From Calditrichia bacterium (GTDB lineage Bacteria; Calditrichota; Calditrichia; RBG-13-44-9; J075), in the NCBI GenBank assembly GCA_050633245.1, contig JBOEGD010000047.1, forward strand, positions 20,179 to 36,208: a DNA stretch of 16,030 nucleotides, read 5' to 3'. The notes under the pieces are model-generated. The model was not told the origin of the DNA. It did not search any database and worked only from the letters and a program-made list of their open reading frames with translations. Below are positions 15,022 to 16,030 of the stretch, piece after piece (position 1 is the first letter of the stretch; each line of letters opens with the position of its first letter). The position numbers and the translations under genes were made by a program.

Positions 15022-15474
15022 TTACCATTTTAATTGCACTCTGGCTTCGTTGATATCGGCAAGCTGAACAGAGACATCATTTTTTCCGACTTTCAATACA
15101 ATTCTGTCTTCGTCTACGGTGCTTAACACACCTTTCACCTTTTTCGTCTCCGCGTCTTCCAAAAACTCTACTTTCAACTCGCGACCGATATTTTTACGAA
15201 ACTCCCAGAGTTGCTTAAGGGGGCTTTGAGCTCCTGGTGAGGAGATCTCTATTCGATAACCGCCCTTAATAACGTCTTCCTCATCCATCATTATGCTAAC
15301 AGCTTTGGTGAGGGCAATAATCTGATCCATGCCGATACCTGTTTCCGTATCAGCTCTTATATCCAGCACCCGGCTGCCGGGGCGACCGCGAAGGGTTAAA
15401 CTAACCAGATAGACATTTGCCGAGTCAAAAATCGGCTGTATCAAATCCAGTAACTGTTGTTTCAAACCATCCAT
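15022..15474 (-). CDS. rimP: Ribosome maturation factor RimP
   Basis: YRIEISSPGAQSPL (LEVSSPG motif), size and position first in the nusA operon. The ORF-track extension to 15540 runs through the leader terminator, so ATG 15474 is preferred. Confidence 0.92.
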   Translation of the reverse strand: MDGLKQQLLDLIQPIFDSANVYLVSLTLRGRPGSRVLDIRADTETGIGMDQIIALTKAVSIMMDEEDVIKGGYRIEISSPGAQSPLKQLWEFRKNIGRELKVEFLEDAETKKVKGVLSTVDEDRIVLKVGKNDVSVQLADINEARVQLKW

Positions 15475-15499
15475 GTCGTGCTCGGTATAAATTGGACTT

Positions 15500-15529
15500 A
15501 AAAAAAAAAGTGGGATTTCGCCCACTTTT
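15500..15529 (-). terminator. rimP-leader premature terminator (attenuator)
   Basis: Minus strand AAAAGTGGG-CGAAAT-CCCAC followed by 10 U lies between the promoter and the rimP start. The GTGGG/CCCAC stem is the form commonly seen in rimP leaders. Confidence 0.85.
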
Positions 15530-15538
15530 AACGCGCCC

Positions 15539-15567
15539 AATATACATGGAGAACTAGGTCAATGCAA
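15539..15567 (-). promoter_or_regulatory. Sigma70-type promoter of the rimP-nusA-infB operon
   Basis: -35 TTGCAT (15567-15562), 17-nt spacer, -10 TATATT (15544-15539); predicted start site near 15532. Confidence 0.7.
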
Positions 15568-15939
15568 GTAAATTTAACAATCTATGCAATCAGAAATCAA
15601 GTAAGTGGAGACCTGTAATAATATTAACCTGCTGAGTCTGTTAATACTACGTATTTTTCAGATTTTCTCACTCCTATTCCCCCAGCTTACAACACGTATC
15701 AAAATATTTCCTAAAGCAGGGCTCATATATAACGAAGTACTAAGTATAGTCTAGGAATTTTTGCCAGACTCCGGCAGTTTACCCCTGCCCGGGGTAACAT
15801 TTTACCAAAAAACGAGCATATCTGTTAAACTTTGTATGACAGCTTATATTTTTTGCGCAAAAATATCGCTAAAAACAGAAGTTATTAATGCACTACTCAA
15901 TCTCTATTAACCTACTAACTATATGCAAGGGGTCCTTGG

Positions 15940-16030
15940 ATGAATAGTTTCAACAGACTCGTCATCCCGGTACTGATTTCCTGCTTCACCTGCCTCAGCC
16001 TGTTCGCTCAGGACAAGAAGGTAGATGAAC
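15940..16030 (+). CDS. 5' end of a secreted protein (truncated by the window)
   Basis: ATG 15940 with AAGGGG upstream; MNSFNRLVIPVLISCFTCLSLFA-QDKKVDE is a Sec signal peptide, and the frame is open to the window end. Confidence 0.7.
   Translation, partial: MNSFNRLVIPVLISCFTCLSLFAQDKKVDE

Noticed and set aside
15475-15540. N-terminal extension of RimP in the ORF track, and similar extensions for pnp (7922), the receptor (2448) and the lipoprotein (5743)
   Set aside because: The extensions cross terminators, upstream genes or leader structures. The downstream starts give typical N-termini, and most have SD sequences.
1-16030. CRISPR array, tRNA/rRNA, transposase, integrase or defence genes
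   Set aside because: No regularly spaced repeats, cloverleaf or recognisable catalytic motifs of these classes were seen.

Overview
Bacterial chromosomal window from a diderm organism. It has a TonB-dependent receptor, lipoproteins and SD-led genes, and the protein style suggests an FCB-associated or Calditrichota-like lineage (impression only). The right two-thirds (5796-15567, minus strand) is the conserved translation/RNA-processing operon rimP-nusA-L7Ae(ylxQ-like)-infB-DUF503-rbfA-truB-ribF-rpsO-pnp. It has a clear sigma70-type promoter, a rimP-leader terminator hairpin and a final intrinsic terminator. The left third is accessory: a His-motif TonB-dependent receptor preceded by a 96-aa CxxC/RAPP (DUF2946/CruR-like) upstream ORF, three lipoprotein genes around a bidirectional terminator, and two REP-like repeats. 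The most notable signal is an apparent ribosome-stalling switch: the uORF codons just after RAPP are complementary to the receptor's Shine-Dalgarno region, and the spacer between them can fold into three small hairpins. A secreted-protein gene begins at the right edge.
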